Source: Holosporales bacterium
GTDB lineage: Bacteria > Pseudomonadota > Alphaproteobacteria > Paracaedibacterales > CANFPP01
NCBI GenBank assembly: GCA_947449005.1
Contig: CANFPP010000005.1
Span: 2,880 to 66,879, forward strand
Direction: 5' to 3'
Length of the DNA stretch: 64,000 bases
Shown piece by piece: positions 52,653-62,259 of this stretch. Under the pieces are notes generated by a model that was not told the DNA's origin, searched no databases, and saw only the letters and a program-made list of their open reading frames with translations. The position numbers and the translations under genes were made by a program. The stretch's first letter is position 1. The number at the start of each line of letters is the position of its first letter.

Positions 52653-52752
52653 TATTGAAAAAACGGGGAGAATCTCGCATTTTTTAATTGCAATTGGAAA
52701 CATTTTGACATAACAAGAGAAGATAAGATTGTCAAAAATTGAGAAAAGAAAA

Positions 52753-53217
52753 ATGCAAACACTTTCCATAAGGCCACAAGACGTAAAGAAAAAATGGCTT
52801 ATTATTGACGCCGAAGACTTAGTTCTTGGACGTTTAGCTGTTGTAGCTGCGACTCGTTTACGCGGTAAGCACAAGCCATTTTACACACCACATGTTGACT
52901 GTGGTGATAATGTAATCATTATCAATGCTGAAAAAATTCATTTAACTGGTAAAAAATTAACAGATAAAATTTTTTACTGGCACACTGGTTACCCAGGCGG
53001 AATAAAAGGTCGCTCAATGGAGAAAATTCTAGCGAGTAAGCATCCTGAGCGCGTTGTAATTAAAGCCATTGAAAGAATGATCCCTCGCGGACCACTTGGC
53101 AGAACAATTATGAGCAATCTAAAAGTTTATCCAGGCAAAAATCATCCTCATGAAGCTCAACAGCCAGAAGCTCTCGATGTTGCTGCTATGAATTCAAAAA
53201 ACAAAAGGAGCAACTAA
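52753..53217 (+). CDS. rplM: 50S ribosomal protein L13
   Basis: [20 protein letters not shown]... is a canonical L13 N-terminus. The track start at 52729 is an upstream TTG. Confidence 0.95.
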   Translation: MQTLSIRPQDVKKKWLIIDAEDLVLGRLAVVAATRLRGKHKPFYTPHVDCGDNVIIINAEKIHLTGKKLTDKIFYWHTGYPGGIKGRSMEKILASKHPERVVIKAIERMIPRGPLGRTIMSNLKVYPGKNHPHEAQQPEALDVAAMNSKNKRSN

Positions 53218-53219
53218 TC

Positions 53220-53732
53220 GTGACGACTAAAGTAGGATTAGAAGATTTAAAAGATGCTGTAAAAGCAGCAAGTGCAGCAGGCGCAACGACTCAGTCAGCA
53301 ACAAACACTGACTCTGCTGAACCTGTTTCTCCTAAAATTGATGCTCAAGGTCGCTCGTACGCGACAGGGAAACGTAAGAATGCAATTGCTCGTGTTTGGA
53401 TTAAACCAGGTATGGGTAAGATTATTGTTAACGGACGTTCAGGCGAAACTTATTTTGCTCGTCCGGTTCTACAGATGATTCTTAATCAGCCATTTAAAGC
53501 TGCAAACCGTGTTACTCAATATGACGTATGGTGCACAGTTGCTGGTGGCGGATTATCTGGTCAAGCAGGTGCTGTTCGTCATGGTATTAGCCGTGCCTTA
53601 ACTTTCTTTGAGCCTGATTTAAGATCTGTTCTTAAGCATGGTGGTTTCTTAACACGTGATAGCCGTGTTGTTGAACGTAAGAAATACGGACAAGCTAAAG
53701 CAAGACGTCGCTTCCAGTTCTCTAAGCGTTAA
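53220..53732 (+). CDS. rpsI: 30S ribosomal protein S9
   Basis: C-terminal ...[27 protein letters not shown]. It lies downstream of rplM. Confidence 0.95.
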   Translation: MTTKVGLEDLKDAVKAASAAGATTQSATNTDSAEPVSPKIDAQGRSYATGKRKNAIARVWIKPGMGKIIVNGRSGETYFARPVLQMILNQPFKAANRVTQYDVWCTVAGGGLSGQAGAVRHGISRALTFFEPDLRSVLKHGGFLTRDSRVVERKKYGQAKARRRFQFSKR

Positions 53733-53757
53733 TTTTTATCGCTTACAGCTCTCGAAA

Positions 53758-53791
53758 CTGCTGCGAGAACTATTGCCAGTTCTTGCAGCAG
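53758..53791 (+). terminator. hairpin after rpsI
   Basis: ctgctgcgagaact-N6-agttcttgcagcag, a 14-bp stem with one G-T pair. No clear U-tract. Confidence 0.4.
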
Positions 53792-53833
53792 CAGCTACGC
53801 TAAACGTACACTTCTTTTTCAAAAAGGTATATT

Positions 53834-55099
53834 ATGTGCGTTGAACAAAAGGCAACTCCAAAAAAACAAAAAAGAACTCATATATTCTTAATATCTGCAT
53901 TCCTGTTAGGGCTGCTGTCTGGCTATCTTAATGTTCCTTTTCTTATGGGTCTTGCAACTGTTGTTGCTCAGATATTTGTTAATTTATTAAAACTAATAAG
54001 CATTCCCATTATCTTCTTTTCTGTTGCCTCAACAATTACAGGGATGAAAAATTTACAAGAAGCCAAGTTTCTCGGCAAAAAAGTTATTTCCTACACATTG
54101 TTAACCACAGCAATCTCAGCCTCAATAGGCCTTTTACTGTTTTTAATTATCAATCCAGCCAATAAACATTTTTCTATGCAAAGTGTGGTTGTTTCTGAGA
54201 GTAAGGCTGGTTACTTAGATCACCTATCGCAACTCGTTCCTTCCAATATTATTCAACCTTTTCACGAAAGTAACGTTATCGCAGTTCTTGGCCTTGCTAT
54301 TTTGTTTGGCTTATCAAGTTTAATTATTGATACAGGCAATCGAAATAAAGGAAAACCCGCTTACGTTTCAGAATTATTTGCTGATATCTGTGCTGTTGTT
54401 ATGAAAATAACATCCTGGATCGTCAAAGGAATGCCTATTGGTGTGTGGGGATTTTCAGCTTTGTTCGTACAAGAATTGAATCATGGATTATCCGTAGAAG
54501 GACTAGTTCTTTATTTAGCATGCGTTGTTGCAGCAAACTTAACCCAGGGCTTCCTTGTTTTGCCGACCTTTTTAAAGTTCTTCAAAATATCACCGATAAA
54601 ACTCATGAAAGATATGTTTCCTGCTATCTCGATGGCTTTTTTTACCAAATCCTCTGTGGCAACTTTGCCTATGGCATTAAAGTGCGCTCAAGAAAATGCA
54701 GGTATTTCTTCTAAGGTTTCTAACTTCACTTTCCCCTTGTGCACCACAATTAATATGAATGCTTGCGCTGCGTTTATCCTTATTACCGTCATGTTTGTAA
54801 CCCAAAGCCACGGAACTACTTTCAGTTTACCAGAGATGATTTTGTGGATTGGCATTGCTACTATTGCGGCGATTGGAAATGCGGGCGTACCCATGGGATG
54901 TTACTTTTTAACAAGCTCACTATTGGTTTCTATGGACTTTCCTTTAACTATCCTCGGTATTATTTTACCTTTCTACGCCATGATTGATATGCTGGAAACC
55001 GCTCTTAATATTTGGTCTGATTCTTGTGTGGCAGCAGTTGTTGATAAAAATGCTACTCAGCAACAGTTCGGCGAGAATAATGTAGCAGTGCTGAGCTAA
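53834..55099 (+). CDS. dicarboxylate/amino acid:cation symporter (DAACS family)
   Basis: Polytopic 421-aa ORF with family motifs (TKSSVATLP; AAIGNAGVPMG; DMLETALNIWSD). Confidence 0.85.
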   Translation: MCVEQKATPKKQKRTHIFLISAFLLGLLSGYLNVPFLMGLATVVAQIFVNLLKLISIPIIFFSVASTITGMKNLQEAKFLGKKVISYTLLTTAISASIGLLLFLIINPANKHFSMQSVVVSESKAGYLDHLSQLVPSNIIQPFHESNVIAVLGLAILFGLSSLIIDTGNRNKGKPAYVSELFADICAVVMKITSWIVKGMPIGVWGFSALFVQELNHGLSVEGLVLYLACVVAANLTQGFLVLPTFLKFFKISPIKLMKDMFPAISMAFFTKSSVATLPMALKCAQENAGISSKVSNFTFPLCTTINMNACAAFILITVMFVTQSHGTTFSLPEMILWIGIATIAAIGNAGVPMGCYFLTSSLLVSMDFPLTILGIILPFYAMIDMLETALNIWSDSCVAAVVDKNATQQQFGENNVAVLS

Positions 55100-56066
55100 A
55101 GCTAAAAACTAGAATCGCAACACCTTGGTGCAAAGTTCCATAAAAAGGCGGAACTTGATGCACCAAGGTAATAATTCCTAAAAAGACTTGCGTAACTGTA
55201 AGAAAAGCAAGGCAAGTATACCCTTTTTGAAGCATTCGATCGTCTTGCTTAAAGCTTAAGGCTGAGGTTATCAGAATAGAAACAAAAGTTATTAATGCTA
55301 AGCAACGATGAATTAGTTGCACCGTTGCCGGATTTTCAAAGAAATTTAGATACCAAGGCTGATAAAATCCAACATCATTTGGTATCCACTGCCCATCCAT
55401 CAGTGGAAATGTGTTGTAAATTAAGCCTGCTTTTAATCCCGCGACAAACCCACCATAGAGCATGGTAAAAATAATCAGTAGATAATTTAGCAGAGTAAGT
55501 CTTGATAAAGCGTTGGTTGTTTTTTTGATTTTAACAAGGTTTAAGAGGCTTGATAACAACAAAGCATACAAAACTATTGCTAGGCCTAGATGAGCAACCA
55601 AACGGTAATGACTAACAGTCGGATCTTTCACCAAGCCACTTTTAACCATGTACCATCCCATCACCCCTTGCATTCCTCCCAAGACAAATATCAAGATCGA
55701 TCGATTTTTCATAAAATGTGGTAATGAGCCTTTGATCCAGCAATAGACCATTGGCACGAAAAACCAGATACCAATGAGACGTCCTAAAAGGCGATGTGTA
55801 AATTCCATCCAGAAAATGAATTTAAAATCAGATAGCAGCATCCCCTTATTGATGAGTTTATATTCTGGAAATTGCTGATACGCCTTAAAAACGCGCTGCC
55901 ATTCAAAATCTGATAAAGGTGGTATTGCTCCTCTAATGGGAGCCCACTCCACAATTGAAAGACCCGCATGTGTAAGTCGAGTCGCACCGCCCAACATAAT
56001 CATTATCCAAATAAGGAAACAGGTGCTCAACAGCCAGATAAAAATTGGTTTTTGATTTATGGTCAT
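55053..56066 (-). CDS. ctaA: heme A synthase (COX15/CtaA)
   Basis: 8-TM protein with conserved His pairs (FTHRLLGRL; HLGLA; IHRCLA; TLHQGVA), in the alphaproteobacterial size class. Confidence 0.85.
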   Translation of the reverse strand: MTINQKPIFIWLLSTCFLIWIMIMLGGATRLTHAGLSIVEWAPIRGAIPPLSDFEWQRVFKAYQQFPEYKLINKGMLLSDFKFIFWMEFTHRLLGRLIGIWFFVPMVYCWIKGSLPHFMKNRSILIFVLGGMQGVMGWYMVKSGLVKDPTVSHYRLVAHLGLAIVLYALLLSSLLNLVKIKKTTNALSRLTLLNYLLIIFTMLYGGFVAGLKAGLIYNTFPLMDGQWIPNDVGFYQPWYLNFFENPATVQLIHRCLALITFVSILITSALSFKQDDRMLQKGYTCLAFLTVTQVFLGIITLVHQVPPFYGTLHQGVAILVFSFSSALLHYSRRTVAE

Positions 56067-56122
56067 GCCATAGTAATATCATTTGATATTACTATGCACA
56101 ATCAAAGTTCAGGCAAAAAATC

Positions 56123-57361
56123 ATGCTAGAAAAGCCCTTTTTTAAAAATCTATCGTCTACAGCTTCCAGTTTTGCGCTTCTTACCCTTGTGATAATAATG
56201 TACATCGCCCTATGCGCAGAGGCTGACATATATGTTCCGGCATTTCCAAGAATGATTGACTCATTTGGAGTTCGAGAAAATCAAATTCAATTGATCTTAA
56301 GCATTAATTTTGCAGGTTTATGTATCGCAGGTCTTGCAGCAGGTCCGCTTTCAGATAGCTATGGCAGAAGAAAAATATTGTTAGCTGGATTGCTTTTATT
56401 CGTAATTGGTAGTGCAGGATGTGTGTGTGCCGCTGACTTCAACACAATGCTTTTTTGGCGCTTAATTCAAGGTATTGCCGCATCTGTACCTATGGTTGTT
56501 GGGTGCGCTGTCATTGTTGATAAGTATCCTCCGGAAAAAACAAGCCAACTTATCGGCATACTCAATAGTGTGATCTCCGCTGCAATGGCAGGTGCTCCCA
56601 TCGCTGGTGCTTGGATAAGTCAGGCATTTAATTGGAGAGCGAATTTCATCGTGATTCTAGGGCTCGCTCTAATTTCCTTTATTGGAACATTTTTGTTTAT
56701 TGAAGAGACATTACCTTTCGTAAAGCGAAAAAAATTCAATATGTTAAGCATCTGCAAAGATTACATTAAGATAACAAAAAGTTTAGATTTTATCTGCTAC
56801 ACCTTGATATCAATGTTTCCCTTTACCGTGATCGTTGTGTACATTGCCAACCTTTCCGTTATTTTAATTAATCACATGGGCATGAGCCTTGAGTACTTTA
56901 GTTATTATCAAGCGACAACTATGGGAACTTTTATTATCTTTTCTCTTGCTTCCGTAAAATTTATTAATAGAAAAGGGGTGGATTTCACCCAAAATCTTGG
57001 GGGTATATTAGCACTTATCGGTTCAACAGGTATTTTTTATGTCAGCCAAACCAATCCCTCAAACATAAATTTCATATGTGTATTCATGGCTTTTATTGCT
57101 GGCGGAGGTGCTTTGATGGTTGGTACATTTGGCATGAAAGCTCTTTCCATCTTTCCGAGTATGAATGGTACAGCTACAGCAATGGCGACCGCTTTCAGGC
57201 AATTACTTGCTGCAGGTCTCGTTATTTTGTCAGAAGTGCTGTTTGATGGGACAATAGTTCCTGTAGCAATGATAATTTTTGGGTATGCAGTTGTTGCTAG
57301 TATTTGCTACTCCTTAACGTATTGCCGAAAACCAAGAACTGTTGAAGTGCAGTCTTCATAA
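56123..57361 (+). CDS. MFS transporter, Bcr/CflA-type
   Basis: 12-TM ORF with the MFS loop motif GPLSDSYGRRKILLAG. Confidence 0.85.
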   Translation: MLEKPFFKNLSSTASSFALLTLVIIMYIALCAEADIYVPAFPRMIDSFGVRENQIQLILSINFAGLCIAGLAAGPLSDSYGRRKILLAGLLLFVIGSAGCVCAADFNTMLFWRLIQGIAASVPMVVGCAVIVDKYPPEKTSQLIGILNSVISAAMAGAPIAGAWISQAFNWRANFIVILGLALISFIGTFLFIEETLPFVKRKKFNMLSICKDYIKITKSLDFICYTLISMFPFTVIVVYIANLSVILINHMGMSLEYFSYYQATTMGTFIIFSLASVKFINRKGVDFTQNLGGILALIGSTGIFYVSQTNPSNINFICVFMAFIAGGGALMVGTFGMKALSIFPSMNGTATAMATAFRQLLAAGLVILSEVLFDGTIVPVAMIIFGYAVVASICYSLTYCRKPRTVEVQSS

Positions 57362-57381
57362 ACTAGATTGAAATAGAAAAA

Positions 57382-58251
57382 ATGTTTGAGACTAGAAAAA
57401 TTTCTGTTGGTAACCACAAGATAATGACCTACAGCGCTGGCTTTGCAGATAATACGCTTCTTCTGCTGCATGGCGGCCCTAGTTCACGCTCTAATTATTT
57501 AAGGGAGTCTCACCAAGTTTTTACTCAGCACGGATTTCGAGTTGTGACCTGGGATCAGCTTGGCTGCGGAGAATCAGATAGACCAACTGATGATAAATCT
57601 CTTTGGCAGATCTCAAGATTTGTCGAAGAGGTTGAAACTGTAAGAAGCTCTCTTGATCTCGGAAAGGTTCATCTATTCGGACATTCATGGGGAGGCATAT
57701 TAGGCCTTGAGTACTGCATAAATTATCCCCAAAACATTAAAACCTTTATTCCAGCCAATACAGCATTTGATCTTCCTAGAATGCAACGTGGATTCGAACG
57801 CAAAAAACTAGCTTTAGGAGAAGAAACTTATACGATGATGGCTAGGCGAGAAGCTGATGGCACGATGAAGCATCCTGAATATCAGGCTGCCCTTACTTTG
57901 CTTTTGCGCCGCCATCTCTGCCGAGCCGAAGTTTGGACTGAAGCTCTCGAGTACGAGCTACATCCAGATGAAAAGCATGCTAGGCATGAAATGTTTGGAC
58001 CTTATCCCTTTAATTGCACGGGTAATATTCGAGATTATAATCGTATGGATCAGTTAGAGAGCATTGCTGTACCTACACTTATTATACACAGTGAGCATGA
58101 TTATATTGTTCCTGACCTTGCTTCTATGGCACGCGATCGATTGCCAAATGCAGAGCTTGCTATGTTTAAAAATTGCTCTCATTTACCCTTTTATGAAGAG
58201 CCTGAAATATATCAAAAAACTCTCTTAGCTTTTTTAAATAACCACACTTAA
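57382..58251 (+). CDS. proline iminopeptidase-family alpha/beta hydrolase
   Basis: HGGP oxyanion motif (LLLLHGGPS), nucleophile elbow GHSWGG and C-terminal His (NCSHLPF). Confidence 0.8.
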   Translation: MFETRKISVGNHKIMTYSAGFADNTLLLLHGGPSSRSNYLRESHQVFTQHGFRVVTWDQLGCGESDRPTDDKSLWQISRFVEEVETVRSSLDLGKVHLFGHSWGGILGLEYCINYPQNIKTFIPANTAFDLPRMQRGFERKKLALGEETYTMMARREADGTMKHPEYQAALTLLLRRHLCRAEVWTEALEYELHPDEKHARHEMFGPYPFNCTGNIRDYNRMDQLESIAVPTLIIHSEHDYIVPDLASMARDRLPNAELAMFKNCSHLPFYEEPEIYQKTLLAFLNNHT

Positions 58252-58258
58252 GGTAATT

Positions 58259-58379
58259 ATGTTTGAAACTAGAAAATTCACTGTTGGTAAACACAAGGTA
58301 ATGACCTACACAGCTGGCGCTGCAGAAGAAACGCTCTTTATCTTGTATGGTGGTCTAGTTCACGCTCTAAGTATCTAAG
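58259..58379 (+). pseudogene. 5' fragment of a tandem iminopeptidase duplicate
   Basis: atgtttgaaactagaaaattcactgttggtaaacacaag... aligns with 57382 onward. A 1-nt deletion creates in-frame stops. Confidence 0.8.
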
Positions 58380-58519
58380 TAAAACTCCTTTGTTATAAAA
58401 CAGTGATATTACAGTTCATTGTTTTAAAATGAGTATCATTAAGCTATAAGAATTTCTCAGCTGGTGTCTTTCATTCTTAAATGGGCACTTTAAATCATAA
58501 AGATAAACATTTTTTATAG

Positions 58520-59515
58520 TCAGCGTATTTTTGGTAATTCCTCAAGATATGATTTTGCCCAAATCTTCGCATAGGTGGCTGGATCAGCATTTCCGCCAGA
58601 TAAAAGAATCAAGATCTTTTTATTAGAATTTCCTTCATTGATATATTTATGTGCACCCGCCATTCCTAAAGCACTCGTTGGTTCTATATTTACTTTAAGT
58701 AGGTGTGTCACCCACTGTGTCCAATATATTATTTCTTCTTCAGATATTTCATAAAACCCATCAAGTTTTTTTATATATTGAAATGTGCGTTCAGACACCC
58801 CTAATGTACGTGCGCCATCTGCTAGCGTCATAGGCATTTTCTCAAACCGCTTAACAATACCCGTTCGATATGACTCAGCAGCATCATTTGCTATTTTAGG
58901 TTCGCATGCATAAACCTTCGTATGATCAGAAAATAATCGTGTAGCAAGATAAGTACCAGAGATAAGTCCTCCCCCACCGCACGGTGCAAATACGGCATCA
59001 AATCCACCTTCATCAATCCAAGCTTCTAAAGCTGCTGTTCCCTGACCTGCGATGACATCGTCGTGATCGTAAGGTGGTAACAAAAAGGCTGTATTTGCTT
59101 TTTCTTGCGCAAGATCTTCTGCTTCTTGTCTTTCTCTTGTTATGATAACTTCTGCACCATACGCTTTTGTAGCTGCAATTTTAAGAGGCGATGCAGCAGA
59201 AGGAACAATGATGGTTGCTTTTACGCTAAGTTGTTTTGCTGCCCAAGCAACAGCTTGCGCGTGATTGCCAGAACTATAGGCAACCACTTCTTTTGGTAAG
59301 TTATGAGTCTCTTTCAAATGCAAAAGTGTATTGAGTGCGCCACGGGCTTTAAAAGCCCCAACTTTTTGCATCCCCTCAAACTTAAAATATATATTGGAAT
59401 TAAAAATCTTATTGATTATATCGCTTTGCAAAAGAGGGGTCTTATTAACATAAGGACTGATCCTGTTATATGCTTTTGTTACGACATCAGGTGACATACA
59501 ATTTAATTTGTGCAT
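58520..59515 (-). CDS. PLP-dependent threonine/serine dehydratase-like enzyme (fold type II, no ACT domain)
   Basis: PLP-lysine motif MQKVGAFKARGALN, SSGNHAQAVA and the glycine loop PCGGGGLISG. Confidence 0.8.
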   Translation of the reverse strand: MHKLNCMSPDVVTKAYNRISPYVNKTPLLQSDIINKIFNSNIYFKFEGMQKVGAFKARGALNTLLHLKETHNLPKEVVAYSSGNHAQAVAWAAKQLSVKATIIVPSAASPLKIAATKAYGAEVIITRERQEAEDLAQEKANTAFLLPPYDHDDVIAGQGTAALEAWIDEGGFDAVFAPCGGGGLISGTYLATRLFSDHTKVYACEPKIANDAAESYRTGIVKRFEKMPMTLADGARTLGVSERTFQYIKKLDGFYEISEEEIIYWTQWVTHLLKVNIEPTSALGMAGAHKYINEGNSNKKILILLSGGNADPATYAKIWAKSYLEELPKIR

Positions 59516-59895
59516 GCAAATACTCCATCAATTTCTACTTTTGCTTCTTTTGAAAGACCTGCAACTTTCACGCGAATTCTTGCTGGATAAGGCGCTTCAA
59601 AAAACTCATTCATAACGTCATTTAACTTATCGCTGACAACAATTTCTGTATAATAAACATTGATTTTAACAGCATCATTTAAGCTTGCACCCGCTTCTTC
59701 ACAAATGGCTTTTAGATTTTCAAAACATTGCCTGATCTGTGCTATAGGGTCATCCGAAATTATTTTTGTATCGTTAGTAGCAATAGGCAATTGTCCAGAG
59801 ACAAATAATAAATTTTCGCATTTTACGGCTTGGGAATACGTACCAAAAGGCTGTGGCGCTTTCTGTGTTGTGATATGCATTTTCTGATTCTTCAT
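59503..59895 (-). CDS. ridA: RidA/YjgF-family reactive enamine/imine deaminase
   Basis: 130-aa YjgF fold (PFGTYSQAVKCENLLFVSGQLP ... PARIRVKVAGL...VEIDGV). It overlaps the downstream dehydratase ORF by 13 nt. Confidence 0.85.
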   Translation of the reverse strand: MKNQKMHITTQKAPQPFGTYSQAVKCENLLFVSGQLPIATNDTKIISDDPIAQIRQCFENLKAICEEAGASLNDAVKINVYYTEIVVSDKLNDVMNEFFEAPYPARIRVKVAGLSKEAKVEIDGVFACTN

Positions 59896-60323
59896 TGTAT
59901 TATTTCCTCTCGTAATGTTTTTTCAATTACTTCAAACAATGCATCTGGCAATGTCATTATCGTTTTTTATTTAACATGTATATATAATAAAACATGTTAA
60001 TAAATGGGGCTGTTGTCGATAGGCTTTGAGCGAATACTTACTAAGAATTTAAGGCAACTGCTTTAATTTGGCCTTTAAAAAACAGTGTTTTTTTGAGCCA
60101 TTTTTTTCCAATTTTGAGTTCTCTTTTTACCCATCTCTTCAAAGTTTTTAATTGCTCCTTTGATCTTCCACAATTAAACCTAAATTCACATTCTTTCAAG
60201 AACAAGGGAAAGTGATTTGACGAAGCTTGTGGTAAAATAAAGCAGTACTATTCGGATGAATACCTAACATATTTGTGGCTGAAGGGCTGTTACCTCCAGG
60301 ATAAAGTATTCTGTGAGTTGGCT

Positions 60324-60475
60324 CTGAATATCAAGCTGTTCCTACTTTGCTTTTGCGCCGCCATCTCTGCCGAGCCGAAGCTTGGACTGAAGCTCTCGAG
60401 TACGATCTACATCCAGATGAAAAGCCTGAAATATATAAAAAAACTCTCTTAGCTATTTTAAATAAACACACTTAA
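60324..60475 (+). pseudogene. 3' fragments of the same iminopeptidase duplicate
   Basis: 60324-60425 matches 57875-57975 and 60424-60475 matches the last 52 nt of the intact gene. An internal deletion joins them at a shared agc. Confidence 0.8.
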
Positions 60476-61893
60476 TGCAGCTCGAGTGTTGGCAGTTTAG
60501 TGCACATTTCTCTGTGTAACGCATTCAACATTGCATCACTCCCATTCGCAAGCTGAATTGAAAGCTTTTTGATTTTTTCTATAAAATCATTATTAGAATG
60601 GTAAAAGCTTTCTACGTAATTAATGACATTATCTCTTTCTATAGGATCTATTATTTTTGCAGCTTCGGCTAACTCTCTGTCATAAAAAAATTGTAATTTT
60701 GAGTAAGCCTGGGGAGCTAGCTTTTCTATGCTTTTTTGAAAGACAGATCTTAAATTAACGTCTAAACCCTCACAGGTATCTGGAATAAATGACTCTTCAA
60801 AGCATGGTTGGAGAGTCTCTGCACAATATCTTATTATCTCATCGTTTTTCGCATTTAGTTTATAAGGAAGCGTATTATAAAGTATGAATAATTGATTTAG
60901 GATAACTTCTAATTCATTGTAAAAAGTGTTTTCATGAGATGTCCATTCCAATTCAAGCCCTAAAGTCTCTTTAAAGTAACCCTTGGCCTCAACTGTGTTT
61001 CCATTAACTATAATTTTTCTATCGACTAAAGCTAACACATCTTCTTCCCTCTGTTCATATTGAAAGCATGTTTCAGAATCACAAGCCGTAGAGACTCGTG
61101 CAACCCACATAAAACCGGGGCCGTCGATAGGAGCAAATCGTTTAAGATTCTCTCCCAATTCTAAAAATGAATAAGTTGGGCACGCTTCTAGGTCGCGAAA
61201 AGGATTAAGATCTTTCTTAGATAGAATATATTTAATGCCTTCACTGCAAAGCCATTGAACTTTAATAATTTCATCAATAGGGTGGCTTTCAAAAAATTCT
61301 AAAGAATAAGGAATGCTTTCAATAGGCAATCGATGGTAGTAGGTTTGCAGATAATCATTTACCGCTTGACGACATGTTAAGTTAGAGTATGGATGAATCA
61401 TTTTTAACATTTTCTTATCAGCAACCTTTTTAATATTTTTCATACGCTTTTTTGGTACTAAAACAATCGCATCATTTGCTAAGAAATCTACATTACCGAT
61501 TACAATCACATCTTCATGATGACCAAATTGTAATCGCGACCTGTCAATGCTTCCCACTGGAATTAAAACAGCGTATGGATAATTTTCAGGGTTACCTTCA
61601 TGGGCAGTAAAAGCTTTATCAATGGTAAAATGTAAGGTTGGCCTTGTATTAGGCAGAATGTTATGGTCAGGCATGTACTGGGCACAACCTGGTTCAACAA
61701 TTCTCGCACCAGCCATTAGTTTGCCTGCTTTTGGAAACACAGAAGTCAAATGCACCAAAACACCGCTTTTTGTTAAAGTGCGCGGTCTTTTTGAGTTTCT
61801 ATCGCACTCTATATCATCACATGGTATGGCAACTGCTAAAGCAGAAAGAAACATTAAAAACAAAGTATTCTTGATTTTGCCCATCCGTAACAC
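60472..61893 (-). CDS. hypothetical secreted protein
   Basis: Signal peptide KNTLFLMFLSALAVAIP. 473 aa with no recognisable family. The stop codon overlaps the relic stop within TTAA. Confidence 0.55.
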   Translation of the reverse strand: MLRMGKIKNTLFLMFLSALAVAIPCDDIECDRNSKRPRTLTKSGVLVHLTSVFPKAGKLMAGARIVEPGCAQYMPDHNILPNTRPTLHFTIDKAFTAHEGNPENYPYAVLIPVGSIDRSRLQFGHHEDVIVIGNVDFLANDAIVLVPKKRMKNIKKVADKKMLKMIHPYSNLTCRQAVNDYLQTYYHRLPIESIPYSLEFFESHPIDEIIKVQWLCSEGIKYILSKKDLNPFRDLEACPTYSFLELGENLKRFAPIDGPGFMWVARVSTACDSETCFQYEQREEDVLALVDRKIIVNGNTVEAKGYFKETLGLELEWTSHENTFYNELEVILNQLFILYNTLPYKLNAKNDEIIRYCAETLQPCFEESFIPDTCEGLDVNLRSVFQKSIEKLAPQAYSKLQFFYDRELAEAAKIIDPIERDNVINYVESFYHSNNDFIEKIKKLSIQLANGSDAMLNALHREMCTKLPTLELH

Positions 61894-62259
61894 TCCTTAA
61901 TATTCAGCACTTTCCGCTGATAGCGGTACCCATGTTACGTTTTAGCATAATAAGGAAATAATCATGAAAAAATATGATCATTACAAAGAGGGAAAACATC
62001 TTATGTTACTTTTAGTCCGAGATGGAGCTAAGAAGCAGGCAGATTTATTAGATAATGTTATGAATGAAAAGAACTTAAAAACAGATGTTTTCATTCATGA
62101 GTAGTATATAACGAATTTTTCTTTGTTTGAAATAATAATCTATTATAAAATATCCATGTTAATTTTTTGTAAAGGAATGTATTGTACTCTCGATTATATA
62201 GCCGCATTCATATGGAATTAATGCGTAAATATTGGGCCGGCAGTTAATTAGAGGGAATT

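Noticed and set aside
52705-52733. Perfect TTGACA upstream of rplM as a promoter
   Set aside because: No acceptable -10 hexamer occurs at 16-19 nt spacing (only TAAGAT at about 13 nt or ATTGTC at 17 nt).
52554-52874. 106-aa minus-strand ORF
   Set aside because: It overlaps the rplM start and upstream region antisense. rplM is unambiguous.
60040-60320. Possible IS/transposase relic in the spacer between ridA and the iminopeptidase 3' fragments (short frames such as LKRWVKRELKIGKKWLKK)
   Set aside because: There are only short basic peptides, with no DDE or HTH motif and no terminal inverted repeats that I could find. Insufficient evidence.
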